Below, one piece after another: positions 28,897-39,044 of a stretch of DNA of 56,630 bases. Position 1 is the first letter of the stretch; each line of letters opens with the position of its first letter. The notes under the pieces are model-generated. The model was not told the DNA's origin and did not search any database. It was given only the letters and a program-made list of their open reading frames with translations. The stretch covers positions 1 through 56,630 of the forward strand of contig CAYHIK010000007.1 in assembly GCA_964356795.1 (NCBI GenBank). The letters run 5' to 3'. The translations under genes were made by a program, and so were the position numbers. This stretch comes from an uncultured Candidatus Saccharibacteria bacterium (lineage in GTDB: Bacteria; Patescibacteriota; Minisyncoccia; 2-02-FULL-40-12; GWA2-44-9).

Positions 28897-29256
28897 TTAT
28901 TTCACGATAATCGAGCCGTGATACATACCCATCCCACACGTGAATGGATAGGAGCCAGGTTTGGTGGGAGTAATCTGGACGTCAGTCCGTTCATTGAGCG
29001 GGAGGGTGCGACGAATTTTGAACTCGCTGATGACAACTTCTTCGAGGCAGCTCGAGGGGTCTTTGCGAAGAAAGTGAATGGTGGTCTGGGTGCTCACGGG
29101 AATCTCGATGACATCAGGCGTGTAGCCACCATCAACGATAATCTCGATATCGCCCGAAACGCGAACTGTCGTTGAGCGCTTACCCAGAAAGAACCAATAT
29201 ACTGCAATGATGCCGACAACCGCTCCGCCGAGAACGATGATTTGATCCGTAGTCAT
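28897..29256 (-). CDS. Membrane-anchored cupredoxin-domain protein (CupA-like)
   Basis: GGYTPD, SSC, FTCGMGM. Confidence 0.88.
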   Translation of the reverse strand: MTTDQIIVLGGAVVGIIAVYWFFLGKRSTTVRVSGDIEIIVDGGYTPDVIEIPVSTQTTIHFLRKDPSSCLEEVVISEFKIRRTLPLNERTDVQITPTKPGSYPFTCGMGMYHGSIIVK

Positions 29257-29262
29257 AGCGGG

Positions 29263-30615
29263 TTAGTTAATAACTTCAATGATGCCGGTGTACATGCCCA
29301 TGGAGCACGAGAACTTCATTCGGCCAGCCTTGGTTGGTGTGAATTCGATGATATTCTCACCGGGTCGGAGTGTGCGAGCGATGTCGAGCGCTGGTACCAC
29401 AAGCGAGCTTGCGCAGGAATATGAGTCCGTGGAGGTGATAGTCCATACCGTGGGCACGCCACGCTTCAGGATGAATCGATTGGGGCTGTATCCTCCCGCC
29501 CATTGATTCATGGTGATGTATTGCTTGCCATCGCGCTGGATTGCCTGTGTCCCGGTGGTTCCGGGTTTTTGCACTGCAGTTCCGGTCGGAGTCTGGCGGA
29601 GTACGATACCGGTGAGGTTCCAGCCGTTGCTGATATTCCAGAATCCAAGTATGAGGACGATAATGCCCGCAACCTTGAAGAATATACGCGCACCATTTCC
29701 TTTCACGATTGATGCGAGCGCGCCGATGCCGAGGAGGCCCGGGGTTGTGCCGAGTGCAAAGAGCGACATTACGAGTGCGCCCTGCGCAAAACTTCCCGTG
29801 CTTATCGCATAGATTTGCATCGCCTGCGTGAACCCGCAGGGGAGGAAGAATGTGAGCGCTCCGAGGGTGAATGCGTTGCGATGGCTATATTCTTCTGTTC
29901 GGCGATTAAATCCAAGGATGCGCGCGATGCCGGTGGGGAGTGTGAGTCCTGATGATATACGGGGGAATACTTCGAGCAGTTTGGCTCCAAGCATAACCAT
30001 GACGACACCTGCAAGGATAATCAACGCCCCGAGCATGCCACCTGACGGTCGCACAGCGGCGCCGATTGCACCCATCACGCCACCGAGGATTCCAAATGAA
30101 GCGAAGCGTCCAAGATTGAAGAAGACGTGTGGGCGAAACTTCTGGAGACGTGTTGCTTCGGGGTGCGCATCCGCGTATCTCGCAGAGATACCGAGCACAA
30201 GTCCGCCGATGAGCGCCATGCACGACGATACTCCCGCTGTGAGACCAACCAGAAGCGCCGTTGATGGCCCATTCGCGGTTCCCGCGCGAGTAATGATGTC
30301 GAACAATCCGAAGATGTTACTAAAGAGATAGAGGATGAAGACGATGCACGCGGAAACAAACACCTCCGACCACAGTGAGGGGTCGCTTGAGATGAATGGG
30401 CGCGGGCCAGATGTTCCGAGTGAGTATCCTGCGTCGCGAACAGCAGACGCGACACGAGATTTCTCGGGAGGCGTGCCGTTGTGGGTGATGTGCACAACTC
30501 CGGTTCCATGATTCGCACGCACGTCGGTGACGCCCGGAATTTCTCGCAGGTGCTTCTCGACAAGAATCTCGCACGACTTACAGTGCATGCCTTCTATCTG
30601 ATAATACGTTTTCAT
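29263..30615 (-). CDS. HMA + DsbD_2/TauE-like membrane domain + cupredoxin fusion
   Basis: GMHCKSC, SSCMALIGG, FNLGR, LPCGF, FSCSMGM. Confidence 0.88.
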   Translation of the reverse strand: MKTYYQIEGMHCKSCEILVEKHLREIPGVTDVRANHGTGVVHITHNGTPPEKSRVASAVRDAGYSLGTSGPRPFISSDPSLWSEVFVSACIVFILYLFSNIFGLFDIITRAGTANGPSTALLVGLTAGVSSCMALIGGLVLGISARYADAHPEATRLQKFRPHVFFNLGRFASFGILGGVMGAIGAAVRPSGGMLGALIILAGVVMVMLGAKLLEVFPRISSGLTLPTGIARILGFNRRTEEYSHRNAFTLGALTFFLPCGFTQAMQIYAISTGSFAQGALVMSLFALGTTPGLLGIGALASIVKGNGARIFFKVAGIIVLILGFWNISNGWNLTGIVLRQTPTGTAVQKPGTTGTQAIQRDGKQYITMNQWAGGYSPNRFILKRGVPTVWTITSTDSYSCASSLVVPALDIARTLRPGENIIEFTPTKAGRMKFSCSMGMYTGIIEVIN

Positions 30616-30689
30616 AAGGTGATATTAGTATCTCATACTTCCAAAACAAAATGCCACACTTCCATGAGTGGAGGTGGCGAGTGAGGATG

Positions 30690-31049
30690 CTAGTACACCT
30701 TGGGATTGAGTATTCCCTGCGAGAATGCGAGCTGAAGTGGCTTCAAAAAGAGGTTTGGCGGCGCGTGGATGAATAAACGTTGTACGGTGGAGTACGTCGT
30801 AGGAGTTGTGGCGTACGAGATGATGAGCGCGAGTGTAAATACAAGGACGAGGATGGTTAGGGCGAGACTGTTCTGTGCGGTCCCTACGATGGTTGCGAGA
30901 TGCGAGAGTTGTACGGTTGATGTGAATGGGCACATGACTGCGTGCATAGCGCCATGAGTATGCGCCATCAGAAGCCCTGCGCTACAGAGCGTGAGAATGA
31001 AGAAAGACGCGATAATCAGCGGTGCAATGGTGTGGGAAAGCCGAATCAT
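30690..31049 (-). CDS. Small membrane protein upstream of copper operon
   Basis: Two TM segments flanking a His/Met/Cys-rich loop (MAHTHGAMHAVMCP). Confidence 0.65.
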   Translation of the reverse strand: MIRLSHTIAPLIIASFFILTLCSAGLLMAHTHGAMHAVMCPFTSTVQLSHLATIVGTAQNSLALTILVLVFTLALIISYATTPTTYSTVQRLFIHAPPNLFLKPLQLAFSQGILNPKVY

Positions 31050-31077
31050 GGCGGGACTATACCATAGAACAGGGGAA

Positions 31078-31106
31078 TTGACCAATCGCATAAAATATGA
31101 TATAGT
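31078..31106 (+). promoter_or_regulatory. Sigma70 promoter
   Basis: TTGACC-17 nt-TATAGT. Confidence 0.65.
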
Positions 31107-31186
31107 TAAGTATTGGCCATTCGGGCCAGAGAACGTTCACAATGTGCACAGTGCACAAGCTCCCGTAGAGGAGCAAGGAGAATACC

Positions 31187-32452
31187 GTGGAACAGCAATT
31201 CCGTGGGGTAACGCATCACCGGCCAGACGAGGACGAGCTCACCAACGTCCGCATCATCGAGATCTGGGGGACGCAGCAGTTCCCCGGTGTGGCAGACAGC
31301 CCTCTCCTGACCGAGGATGCTGGGCTCCAGTTGAGCGAGGATGAAGCGCGGAAGTGGTTCGAGAACGGGTACCTGCTCATCGGCACAGGCGGACCGTTCG
31401 TCCTGTTCGACGAGCACGGGAAGGGCGACGGAGCCTCGGCGGCGACCATCGCTGCTGCGTATTATGGTCTCACTGCGGACGCCGGTCTTCAGCGGATTCT
31501 TGCGTACTCGTTGCGTGCCGACGACAAGGCGCAGGACCACCCCTTCGCGATGGCGACGGTCATCAAGAACTTCCACTCGGCCGGCGTGCCGTTGGAGCGC
31601 GTGCGCGCGAAGCACCGAGGATGGTTCGACGCTCTGTATCTCGTGGATACGGGCGCCATCAACTTCGACGCACACCACGCGACGTTCAAGCAGATGGCCA
31701 TCGCATGGCTCATCGCTCGGTACGGTGAGCCGGAGCATCGGTCGCTCATCTTCGGATCGTTCGCCGACGCGATGGAGGCCATCGGGCTTTCGTCCGAGAA
31801 GGTCGACGAGGTGCGAGAAATCGCACGGTTCGTCGACGCGGACGCATCGAAGGGGGCATTCTCGAGCTTCGATGTGCGAGGGCTCTCGCTTGCCTTGCAG
31901 ATGGCCGGTGCGACGGAGGAGTACGTTATCAATGACGTGCACGACGCACTCGATGCGAAGGTGTACGTCCAGCGAGAGTTCCTCTCCGCTCTGAAGTGCT
32001 TCAAGAAGGAAGGTTCGTATCTCGATGGTGTGCATGCGCGTATCGCGGTGATCTGTTCGGACAACGAGCAGATGCATCGTGCGGCGCGCTTCGCCGATCG
32101 CACCCTCGCGGTGTTGGTTCAGCAGAGGTCGGATGGTCACGTGCAAATCTTTTCTGATCAGAAGCGCGACCTGCGTCCCATCATCCGACGTCTGCGTGAT
32201 GTCGAGTATCGGAAGTCCGGTCGGAAGGGAACCCTCCCGATGGCAGTGCTCTCCGGCGGTGGGACGCACCCACTCGTGCCGGCATGGTATGGCTTTGAGA
32301 AGTATGGAAAAGTCATCCACGTGTTCAACGGTTCGCTGAAGACTCGGCGAACGCCAAAGACGCGTCTGTCGCTGGACGAGGTGGTGAGCTGTGTCCGCGA
32401 GGGCATGGCGCACGTGCACCGTCCGCGTGGCGTCCAGCGCGACAAGAAGTAG
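31187..32452 (+). CDS. Hypothetical protein, DHH/MYG1-like phosphoesterase fold suspected
   Basis: VTHHRPDEDE and IGTGG..FDEH resemble DHH motifs; AAGGAG SD; terminator at 32474-32505. Confidence 0.7.
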   Translation: MEQQFRGVTHHRPDEDELTNVRIIEIWGTQQFPGVADSPLLTEDAGLQLSEDEARKWFENGYLLIGTGGPFVLFDEHGKGDGASAATIAAAYYGLTADAGLQRILAYSLRADDKAQDHPFAMATVIKNFHSAGVPLERVRAKHRGWFDALYLVDTGAINFDAHHATFKQMAIAWLIARYGEPEHRSLIFGSFADAMEAIGLSSEKVDEVREIARFVDADASKGAFSSFDVRGLSLALQMAGATEEYVINDVHDALDAKVYVQREFLSALKCFKKEGSYLDGVHARIAVICSDNEQMHRAARFADRTLAVLVQQRSDGHVQIFSDQKRDLRPIIRRLRDVEYRKSGRKGTLPMAVLSGGGTHPLVPAWYGFEKYGKVIHVFNGSLKTRRTPKTRLSLDEVVSCVREGMAHVHRPRGVQRDKK

Positions 32453-32503
32453 CGCCTCGTAGTAATCCGTATTGGCCCGGGGGAATCAAAACCCCCGGGC
32501 TTT

Positions 32504-33070
32504 TTATTTCTTCAGCGCCAAGAGGAGGCGCACTTCACATTCTTTGAAGATTGCTTTGAGTTCGTCGTGTTGCGAAGGTGTGAATTTCTTTAACACAAAA
32601 TCTTTTACGAAATCATCTCGCTTTTTTTCGGATTGCTCTCGCGCTTTGTCGAGTGCACGCACGCCGGTGCCGATGCGGATGCGGTAGAATTTATTCGTCT
32701 TGAGCGCATCGATGATACTCTGAACGCCACGGTGTCCGCCGGCGTTTTTCTCGAATGAAAATTTGCACATGCCAAAGGGGATATCGAGGTCATCATGAAT
32801 GACGATGATGTCTTCGTTCTTTGCTTTCGCCCATGGCTTCGCTTTGCGTGCAGCATCTCCGGATTTATTTACAAATGTAGACGGCTTGAGGAGCCAGCTT
32901 GCATGGCCTTCTATATCTATCTTGGCGACGGAGCCCAATACTTTGGCATTATTCTCAAATTTCTCGCCCTTGTACTTCTTATTGAGCCAGTCTAAAAACT
33001 GCCACCCTACATTATGACGTGTCTCGAGGTATTCGGGGTCTGGATTTCCAATACCGATAATAAGTTTCAT
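32504..33070 (-). CDS. pth: Peptidyl-tRNA hydrolase
   Basis: GIGNP..Y..TRHNVG, KP.TFVNKSG, HDDLD, GGHRG, RIRIG. Confidence 0.96.
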   Translation of the reverse strand: MKLIIGIGNPDPEYLETRHNVGWQFLDWLNKKYKGEKFENNAKVLGSVAKIDIEGHASWLLKPSTFVNKSGDAARKAKPWAKAKNEDIIVIHDDLDIPFGMCKFSFEKNAGGHRGVQSIIDALKTNKFYRIRIGTGVRALDKAREQSEKKRDDFVKDFVLKKFTPSQHDELKAIFKECEVRLLLALKK

Positions 33071-33139
33071 ACGCGAATCGTACACAGTTGTGATGGAAAA
33101 GAAAAGACCGCCGGATTGCTCCGGCGGTCACGGGAAGGG

Positions 33140-35773
33140 CTAGCTCGAATGCTTTACCAAGAACTGCGCGATGTCGTTTCGGTCGCGTTGGCACCACGCG
33201 TCGAGGATGCGGATGCACTCGACCGATTCTGCGATGGCTCTCGTTGCGCTCGGTGCGTGATGTTCGGCGAAGAACGCTTCGATGGCGTCCGCGTCTTTGG
33301 CGTCTCTGAAGCCACTGATAGCTGCCTCAATGACGTTCGCCAGAATCTTCAGTCCGCCACCCGAGAAGCGCTCGTTCACGCGATCCCAGTTGTTCGTGAT
33401 GAATGCCCATGCGGCGCGCGTTCCGACCAAGCTTGCCTGCATGCCCGAGAGGATGTAGGAGAAGTCTCCCGGACGAACGTGGCCAGAGTTGAATGCGTAA
33501 TCGAGCGCGTGGTCCATGATGTACGCATCTTTGAATTGGCCAAGCGCGCTGAGGAGGCGCACCTTTTCTTCTTGGAGCTCTTCGCGTTCATACGCAGAGC
33601 GCGTGACTTCGAAGTCGATGAGGCGATTTTGACGAGCAACCAGGCCGTACGTCGTAGCCCGCAAGTTCGGAGCGAGTACGTTGTGCCCAGCGATGTGTTC
33701 GCTGAAGCGTTGGGACGCTTGTGCGAGCGTTGCGTTGTCGCCATACGCTCCCATCGCACCGAGGATTCTACCTCGAAGCATCTGGGTCGTATGCGATTCG
33801 CCCGGCTGTTCATCCCAGCCGAGCTTCGCCGCCATTGGCGCAAGTACGGTGCGTGCGAGCGCATCGAAATCCTCTTCGTCGGGCGTTTCTTCCACGAGCG
33901 CACTCACAGAGCCCATCGCCCCGAGAATCGCATTCCAGACCGAGTAGTTTGTCTCGCTCGTGCAGTTGGCGATAATTTCCAGAAGCTGACTCGTCGGAAG
34001 TTTTCCGGCTCGCGCGAGTGCGCGTGCGTCGCTGATGAGTCCGTACCGATCGACGGGAGGCAGTGCGCCTTCACGCAGTGCGCGAGCAAGACGGCTCCAC
34101 AAGCCAGACTCTTTCGTGTAGTTCACGCGGACGAGTGCGGTTTGACCCGCATTGACCTTGAAGATTCCGGGCTCTCTTGGCGTGCTGAAGTATCGGAGCT
34201 TATCTTTGAAGGTAAACGACCATTGCTTCGCATCGTCTGCGGAGAGTGGGCGCATGGTCATGGGGATGTGCCATTGCTGAGCAGACTCTTGGGGTGTGGG
34301 CCTTGCTCCGCTCGCAAGGAATCGTTCTTGCGTCATGAATCCAACAACTCCACAGCGGGCCACGGTGATGAGCGGGTATCCCGCCTGCTTCGTCCACGTG
34401 TTCATCATCTCGCGCACCGGCTTTTGCGCCACCTCTCCGAGCGCGTCCCACAGGTCTTCTGTGACGGTATTCCCGTAGGCGTGTCGCGTGAGGTAGGTGC
34501 GGAGTCCTCGCTGGAATGCATCCGCACCGATGGAGTCGTGGAGCATACGAATGATGCTTGCGCCCTTGGAGTAACTGATGGCGTCGAAGATTTGGTTGAT
34601 TTCGTTGGGGTGATGCACTTCAACTTCGATGGGGTGGCTTGAGCGTAGACCATCCAGGCCAAGCGCGCTTGCGTAGTCGTCGGAGACAAACTGAGTCCAG
34701 ATGTCCCATTCGGGGAACAGGCGGTCCAGCGCGAAGTTCGCCATCCAGGTTGCGAATCCTTCGTTGAGCCAGAGGTGGGTCCACCACTGCATGGTGACGA
34801 GGTTGCCGAACCACTGATGCGCGAGTTCGTGCGCCACAACATTTGCGACTCGCTGATACGCATAGGACGCCGAATTCTCAGGGTCGATGAGGAGCGTGTT
34901 CTCACGATACGTCACGAGTCCCCAGTTTTCCATCGCTCCAGCGGCGAAGTCGGGAATTGCAACCATGTCCAACTTCGGAAGCGGGTAGTCGATGGCGAAA
35001 TACTCGTTGTAGAACTCCAACACGCGCCGTGCCGTCTCGAGCGCGAATGCGCCGTGGGCGGATTTGCCCGGAACGGTGTAGACGCGAATGCAGGTGCCGT
35101 TCTTTGTGAACGCTTCGCTGTGCTCGAGATTGCCGACGACGAATGCCAACAGGTAGGTCGACATCTTCGGAGTCCGCTCGAATTCGAAAAGGCGAGTGCC
35201 ATTCTCAAATCCGATAGAATCGCGTACGGGCATATTCGAGAGTGCGGTCATGCCGGGCGGTACGATGAGGGTCACGTTGAACGTTGCTTTCAACGCGGGC
35301 TCGTCGCCACAGGGGAGTGCTCTGCGTGCATCAGTCGGCTCGAATTGCGTCGCCGCAAGATGCTTCTTGGTTCCATCCGCCGTGGCGTGCGCACTCCGGT
35401 AGAATCCAGCCATCTTATCGTTGAGCGTGCCGGTGTAACGGATGTGCAAGGACATCCGCGTTGCGGGGATTTCTTCATCGAATGTGAATGTGACCGTCTC
35501 GGTGTTCGGGTTGAGCTCAATCCTTGTCGCATCAATTTCGATGAGTCCAAGGGGAGCCCCTGGATTTGCAAAAAATCTGTGCAGAGAAGCGCATCCTTGG
35601 GCAAAGTTCAGATCGGCAGCGTGGAGTGTGATTGCTCGAGTGGGCCGGTTAATGGTGCATTCGATGGTTACTTCGCCTGCGAAGGTGAAGTCATCGAAGT
35701 TAGGCGTGATGGCGACGTCGTAATGAGTGAAGTGGACATCGCTCGACAGGCGACAACTGCTCGTATCCGTCAT
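33140..35773 (-). CDS. pepN: M1 family aminopeptidase with ERAP1-like C-terminal domain
   Basis: GAMENWGL, HELAHQW..18..E, YSKG. Confidence 0.95.
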   Translation of the reverse strand: MTDTSSCRLSSDVHFTHYDVAITPNFDDFTFAGEVTIECTINRPTRAITLHAADLNFAQGCASLHRFFANPGAPLGLIEIDATRIELNPNTETVTFTFDEEIPATRMSLHIRYTGTLNDKMAGFYRSAHATADGTKKHLAATQFEPTDARRALPCGDEPALKATFNVTLIVPPGMTALSNMPVRDSIGFENGTRLFEFERTPKMSTYLLAFVVGNLEHSEAFTKNGTCIRVYTVPGKSAHGAFALETARRVLEFYNEYFAIDYPLPKLDMVAIPDFAAGAMENWGLVTYRENTLLIDPENSASYAYQRVANVVAHELAHQWFGNLVTMQWWTHLWLNEGFATWMANFALDRLFPEWDIWTQFVSDDYASALGLDGLRSSHPIEVEVHHPNEINQIFDAISYSKGASIIRMLHDSIGADAFQRGLRTYLTRHAYGNTVTEDLWDALGEVAQKPVREMMNTWTKQAGYPLITVARCGVVGFMTQERFLASGARPTPQESAQQWHIPMTMRPLSADDAKQWSFTFKDKLRYFSTPREPGIFKVNAGQTALVRVNYTKESGLWSRLARALREGALPPVDRYGLISDARALARAGKLPTSQLLEIIANCTSETNYSVWNAILGAMGSVSALVEETPDEEDFDALARTVLAPMAAKLGWDEQPGESHTTQMLRGRILGAMGAYGDNATLAQASQRFSEHIAGHNVLAPNLRATTYGLVARQNRLIDFEVTRSAYEREELQEEKVRLLSALGQFKDAYIMDHALDYAFNSGHVRPGDFSYILSGMQASLVGTRAAWAFITNNWDRVNERFSGGGLKILANVIEAAISGFRDAKDADAIEAFFAEHHAPSATRAIAESVECIRILDAWCQRDRNDIAQFLVKHSS

Positions 35774-35828
35774 GTATCCTCCAGAATTTCAGGTTCTTGG
35801 GGTTTTTATTGTCGAAGGACGATGCTCT

Positions 35829-35857
35829 AAAGTACTGAAATAATGATGCAATGTCAA
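35829..35857 (-). promoter_or_regulatory. Sigma70 promoter of pepN
   Basis: TTGACA-17 nt-TACTTT; GGAGG SD. Confidence 0.6.
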
Positions 35858-35938
35858 GATATGCTGAAGCGCTCTTACGTCAAATGAAAAGCCCCGTCAA
35901 AGACGGGGCGCGGCGGGCATTGGCGTTCCGAGGTAGAG

Positions 35939-36112
35939 CTAGATGAGGATGTCCACGACGAGGATGGTAAGCAAGAAGAGAATGAAGATCTTCTTAGCCC
36001 CTTTTTGTATCTTTGGGGGTGCCCCCAGGGTGCGCGCGATATCCTCGGCGTAGATCGTGAGAAGAAAGCCAACGAATCCTCCGGCAATTGCCCAGGGCAT
36101 GTTCGTTCTCAT
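35939..36112 (-). CDS. Small 2-TM protein
   Basis: TTGACG-17-TATTAT promoter (36136-36164), GGAGG SD, terminator GCCCCGTC/GACGGGGC. Confidence 0.65.
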   Translation of the reverse strand: MRTNMPWAIAGGFVGFLLTIYAEDIARTLGAPPKIQKGAKKIFILFLLTILVVDILI

Positions 36113-36184
36113 CGAAACCTCCTCTCTCAATATATATAATACTACATATTTAAATATACGTCAATTAACTTCCTCTCATCTCCT

Positions 36185-36278
36185 CGGATGCCTCTGCTCG
36201 GTACGCTGTCTTTGCCTGGCTGGCAAAGCATCTCGTTCTCGGCCCGTCGGCCTCCGAAAGCCCTTGCAGAAGCATCCG
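36185..36278 (+). repeat. Structured dispersed repeat, family B copy 1 (within a larger folded region 36174-36480)
   Basis: Matches 51266-51365 and the reverse complement of 51390-51488. Confidence 0.85.
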
Positions 36279-36577
36279 TCTCGACTCGAGCGTCCTCGGA
36301 GCGATTCTCTTGGTCGGCGAGCCATCGTGAGCGCAGAGATACACTGGCATCCGAGATGAGTGCCCGGAATCATCCGCATGACCGGAGCCCAAAGACGGAG
36401 TCGACGGCGGAGATTCGGATGATTCCGTGGCACACAGAGGATGCCGCTCACTATGCGAACGGCGAGTCGATCAAGAGAGAGCGCAGAGTCGGAGGATTCG
36501 GGGAGGGAGCCCTTGAATTGAGCGAAAATCTGTGATACTATGCGTCGTCACCCGCATTGTACCTACGTTTCACGTTT

Positions 36578-37276
36578 ATGGAGGACCAACCAGTTCAACC
36601 GACAATCTCTGCGGTTCCCCCAGCTCCTGTTTCATCGCCGACTCAATCCTCAGCACCCGTGCCCGAGGAGAAAGGATCGACGATGATGAGCGAGCTCTTC
36701 GAGTTCGCGTGGGAAACGGTAAAGGTTGTATTGATTTCGCTGGTTATCATTCTTCCCGTACGGTACTATCTGATTCAGCCGTTCTTTGTGAAGGGGAACT
36801 CGATGCTTCCGAATTTCCATAATACGGAATATATCCTTGTCGATAAGTGGTCGTACAAGCTGGGCCGTCCAGAGCGTGGAGATGTGATTGTGTTCCGGTA
36901 TCCTGGAAATCCGAAGGAATACTTCATTAAACGCATTATTGGATTGCCCGGTGAGACGATTCTCGCGGGACTTAATAATTCCGTCAAGATTTTCAACCAG
37001 CGATATCCCGACGGATTCACACTTCCTGAGAAGGGTTACTTGCCGGATGCCAATCCCACATATTGCCCGAATGCGACACCATCGTGTGGTCAGAAGTTTA
37101 CCTTAGGCGAGGAGGAGTACTACGTGATGGGAGACAATCGCGAGCACTCGAGCGATAGTCGTTTATTCGGAGCGGTGAATAAGTCGTTCTTTTCAGGCAT
37201 TGCGTGGCTGCGCGTGTGGCCATTCAACAAAATCGGTTTCATTGAGCGATATACCTATCCGCCAATCGTGCAATAG
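36578..37276 (+). CDS. lepB: Signal peptidase I
   Basis: GNSMLP, RGDVIVF, FIKRIIGLPG, GDNR..SSDSR. Confidence 0.96.
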   Translation: MEDQPVQPTISAVPPAPVSSPTQSSAPVPEEKGSTMMSELFEFAWETVKVVLISLVIILPVRYYLIQPFFVKGNSMLPNFHNTEYILVDKWSYKLGRPERGDVIVFRYPGNPKEYFIKRIIGLPGETILAGLNNSVKIFNQRYPDGFTLPEKGYLPDANPTYCPNATPSCGQKFTLGEEEYYVMGDNREHSSDSRLFGAVNKSFFSGIAWLRVWPFNKIGFIERYTYPPIVQ

Positions 37277-37299
37277 GAGGGCACGCATTGCGTATTATC

Positions 37300-38604
37300 A
37301 TGTCTGCAAAAAAGAAGTCCAATATTCCACAACTACCAGAGGGATTTTTCGATATCACACCGGAAGATCAGAAGTACTGGCATTTTATATGGCGCAAAGC
37401 TAATAGTCTTTTAGCGGACTACAGTTTCAATCGTCTCGACCTTGCTCCCATCGAGCACATGGATACGTTCACCCGTCCTGTCGCAGTGAGCGACCCAGAC
37501 CTTGCGCGTCGTCTTGTGAATGGCAAGAGTCATGGCATGCAACTCGCATTGCGCGCAAGTATGGCGCCATCACTCATGCGCACGTATCTTCAGTACGGCA
37601 TGCACGCGCTTCCGCATCCCGTGAAGATGTTTTCAAATGCTCCGATATTTGTTCCCGTTGAGCGTGGACATCGCATGCATTGGCAGTTGGCGGTGCAGAC
37701 GATTGGCGATAACTCCGAAGCGGTTGATGCAGAGTTGCTGTTCCTCGGATGCCGAATCATCGAAGCGCTTGGCCTTGGCTCGTTTTCCGTACGACTCAAC
37801 ACCATCGGCGATCCCGTGGGCCGCGTCGGCTATGTGCGCGCGCTCCGCGAATTCTTCAAGACTCATCAAAAGAAGTTAAGCACCCGTGTGCTCGCTGCCA
37901 TCAAGGAGCATCCGTTGCGTGGCTTGAGCGTGCTTGCGGTGGACGACATCGAGCTCGCGCGTGAGGCGCCTCAGTCAGTTGAGTTCCTCTCCGATGAAGC
38001 ACGGCTTCACTTCAAGCGATTGCTTGAATTTCTCGACGAGGGTCAGGTTCCCTACAACATCGACCACACACTCGTCACCAATGACGACTTCGCATCGCAC
38101 ACGATTTGGGAGTTTATCCTCGATCCCGTTCCCGCAGTGGAGGGAGTTCCTGCGCAGGATGGACTCACTATTATCCGTGGAGGAAGAATGGACAAGCTCG
38201 CCGAGCTTCTTGGCGGAAGCAAGACGCCATCGGCAGGATGGGCGATGAGTGTTGACTCCGTGGTTACCCGATTGCGTGCAAAGAATGCGCCCGTATCAGA
38301 GGTTGGCGCACGGCCAAAGGTATTCTTGAGTCAGCTCGGAGAAGCAGCCAAGAAGCGCTCACTCATGTTGTTCGAGGATATTCGCAAGTCGGGCATCGAG
38401 GTTCGCTACAGCTTGAGTCGTGATACGATTAAGGGGCAGTTGCGTATGGCGGCTCGCTACGGTGTTCGATTCGCGCTCATCTTTGGTCAGAAGGAGGCGC
38501 TCGAGGGTACCGTGATTCTTCGCGAGATGGAGACGGGCATCCAAGAGACGATTCCGCTGGAGAAGATTATCGATGAGCTGAAGAAGCGATTGAAGAGCAA
38601 ATAA
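37300..38604 (+). CDS. Histidyl-tRNA synthetase-like protein with degenerate active site
   Basis: HisRS architecture including anticodon-binding domain, but motif 2 and His-binding loops are not conserved. Confidence 0.8.
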   Translation: MSAKKKSNIPQLPEGFFDITPEDQKYWHFIWRKANSLLADYSFNRLDLAPIEHMDTFTRPVAVSDPDLARRLVNGKSHGMQLALRASMAPSLMRTYLQYGMHALPHPVKMFSNAPIFVPVERGHRMHWQLAVQTIGDNSEAVDAELLFLGCRIIEALGLGSFSVRLNTIGDPVGRVGYVRALREFFKTHQKKLSTRVLAAIKEHPLRGLSVLAVDDIELAREAPQSVEFLSDEARLHFKRLLEFLDEGQVPYNIDHTLVTNDDFASHTIWEFILDPVPAVEGVPAQDGLTIIRGGRMDKLAELLGGSKTPSAGWAMSVDSVVTRLRAKNAPVSEVGARPKVFLSQLGEAAKKRSLMLFEDIRKSGIEVRYSLSRDTIKGQLRMAARYGVRFALIFGQKEALEGTVILREMETGIQETIPLEKIIDELKKRLKSK

Positions 38605-38605
38605 G

Positions 38606-38953
38606 ATGGAAGCAGACGTTTTTTGCAAAATCATTGCCGGAGATATTCCCACCGAATTCGTGTATCGCGACGATGATGTTGCGGTGTTTGCGGATATCAA
38701 TCCCAAGGCGCCGGTGCACCTCTTGATTGTACCGGTACGCCACTACACAGGAATTGCGGATTTTTCTGAGACCGATGGCAAGCTGTTGGGGCACATGCTT
38801 CGCATCGCGCATACGATTGCGGATGAGCGGGGACTCCATGAGGGGTATCGCCTCATCATCAATGAGGGTGCGCATGGCAACAAGATTGTTCCCCATCTTC
38901 ACATTCATTTGTTGGGTGGGAAAAATCTAGGACCAAAAATAGTGGCGGAGTAG
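38606..38953 (+). CDS. HIT family nucleotide hydrolase (HinT-like)
   Basis: FCKII, DINP.AP.H, HLHIHLLGG. Confidence 0.93.
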   Translation: MEADVFCKIIAGDIPTEFVYRDDDVAVFADINPKAPVHLLIVPVRHYTGIADFSETDGKLLGHMLRIAHTIADERGLHEGYRLIINEGAHGNKIVPHLHIHLLGGKNLGPKIVAE

Positions 38954-39044
38954 GTATTAGGCATTCGGCATGAGCTTATGGAATCTCGTGTCGAGCGCCT
39001 AGCGCCTAACGGCCTAGAATACATATGGAAAGGGGGTATATGAC

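Noticed and set aside
31106-32419. 437-aa ORF on the - strand
   Set aside because: Shadow of the + strand gene, which has the promoter, SD and terminator.
33014-34642. 542-aa ORF on the + strand (also 34775-35830)
   Set aside because: Antisense shadow of pepN with no recognisable motifs; expected from codon bias.
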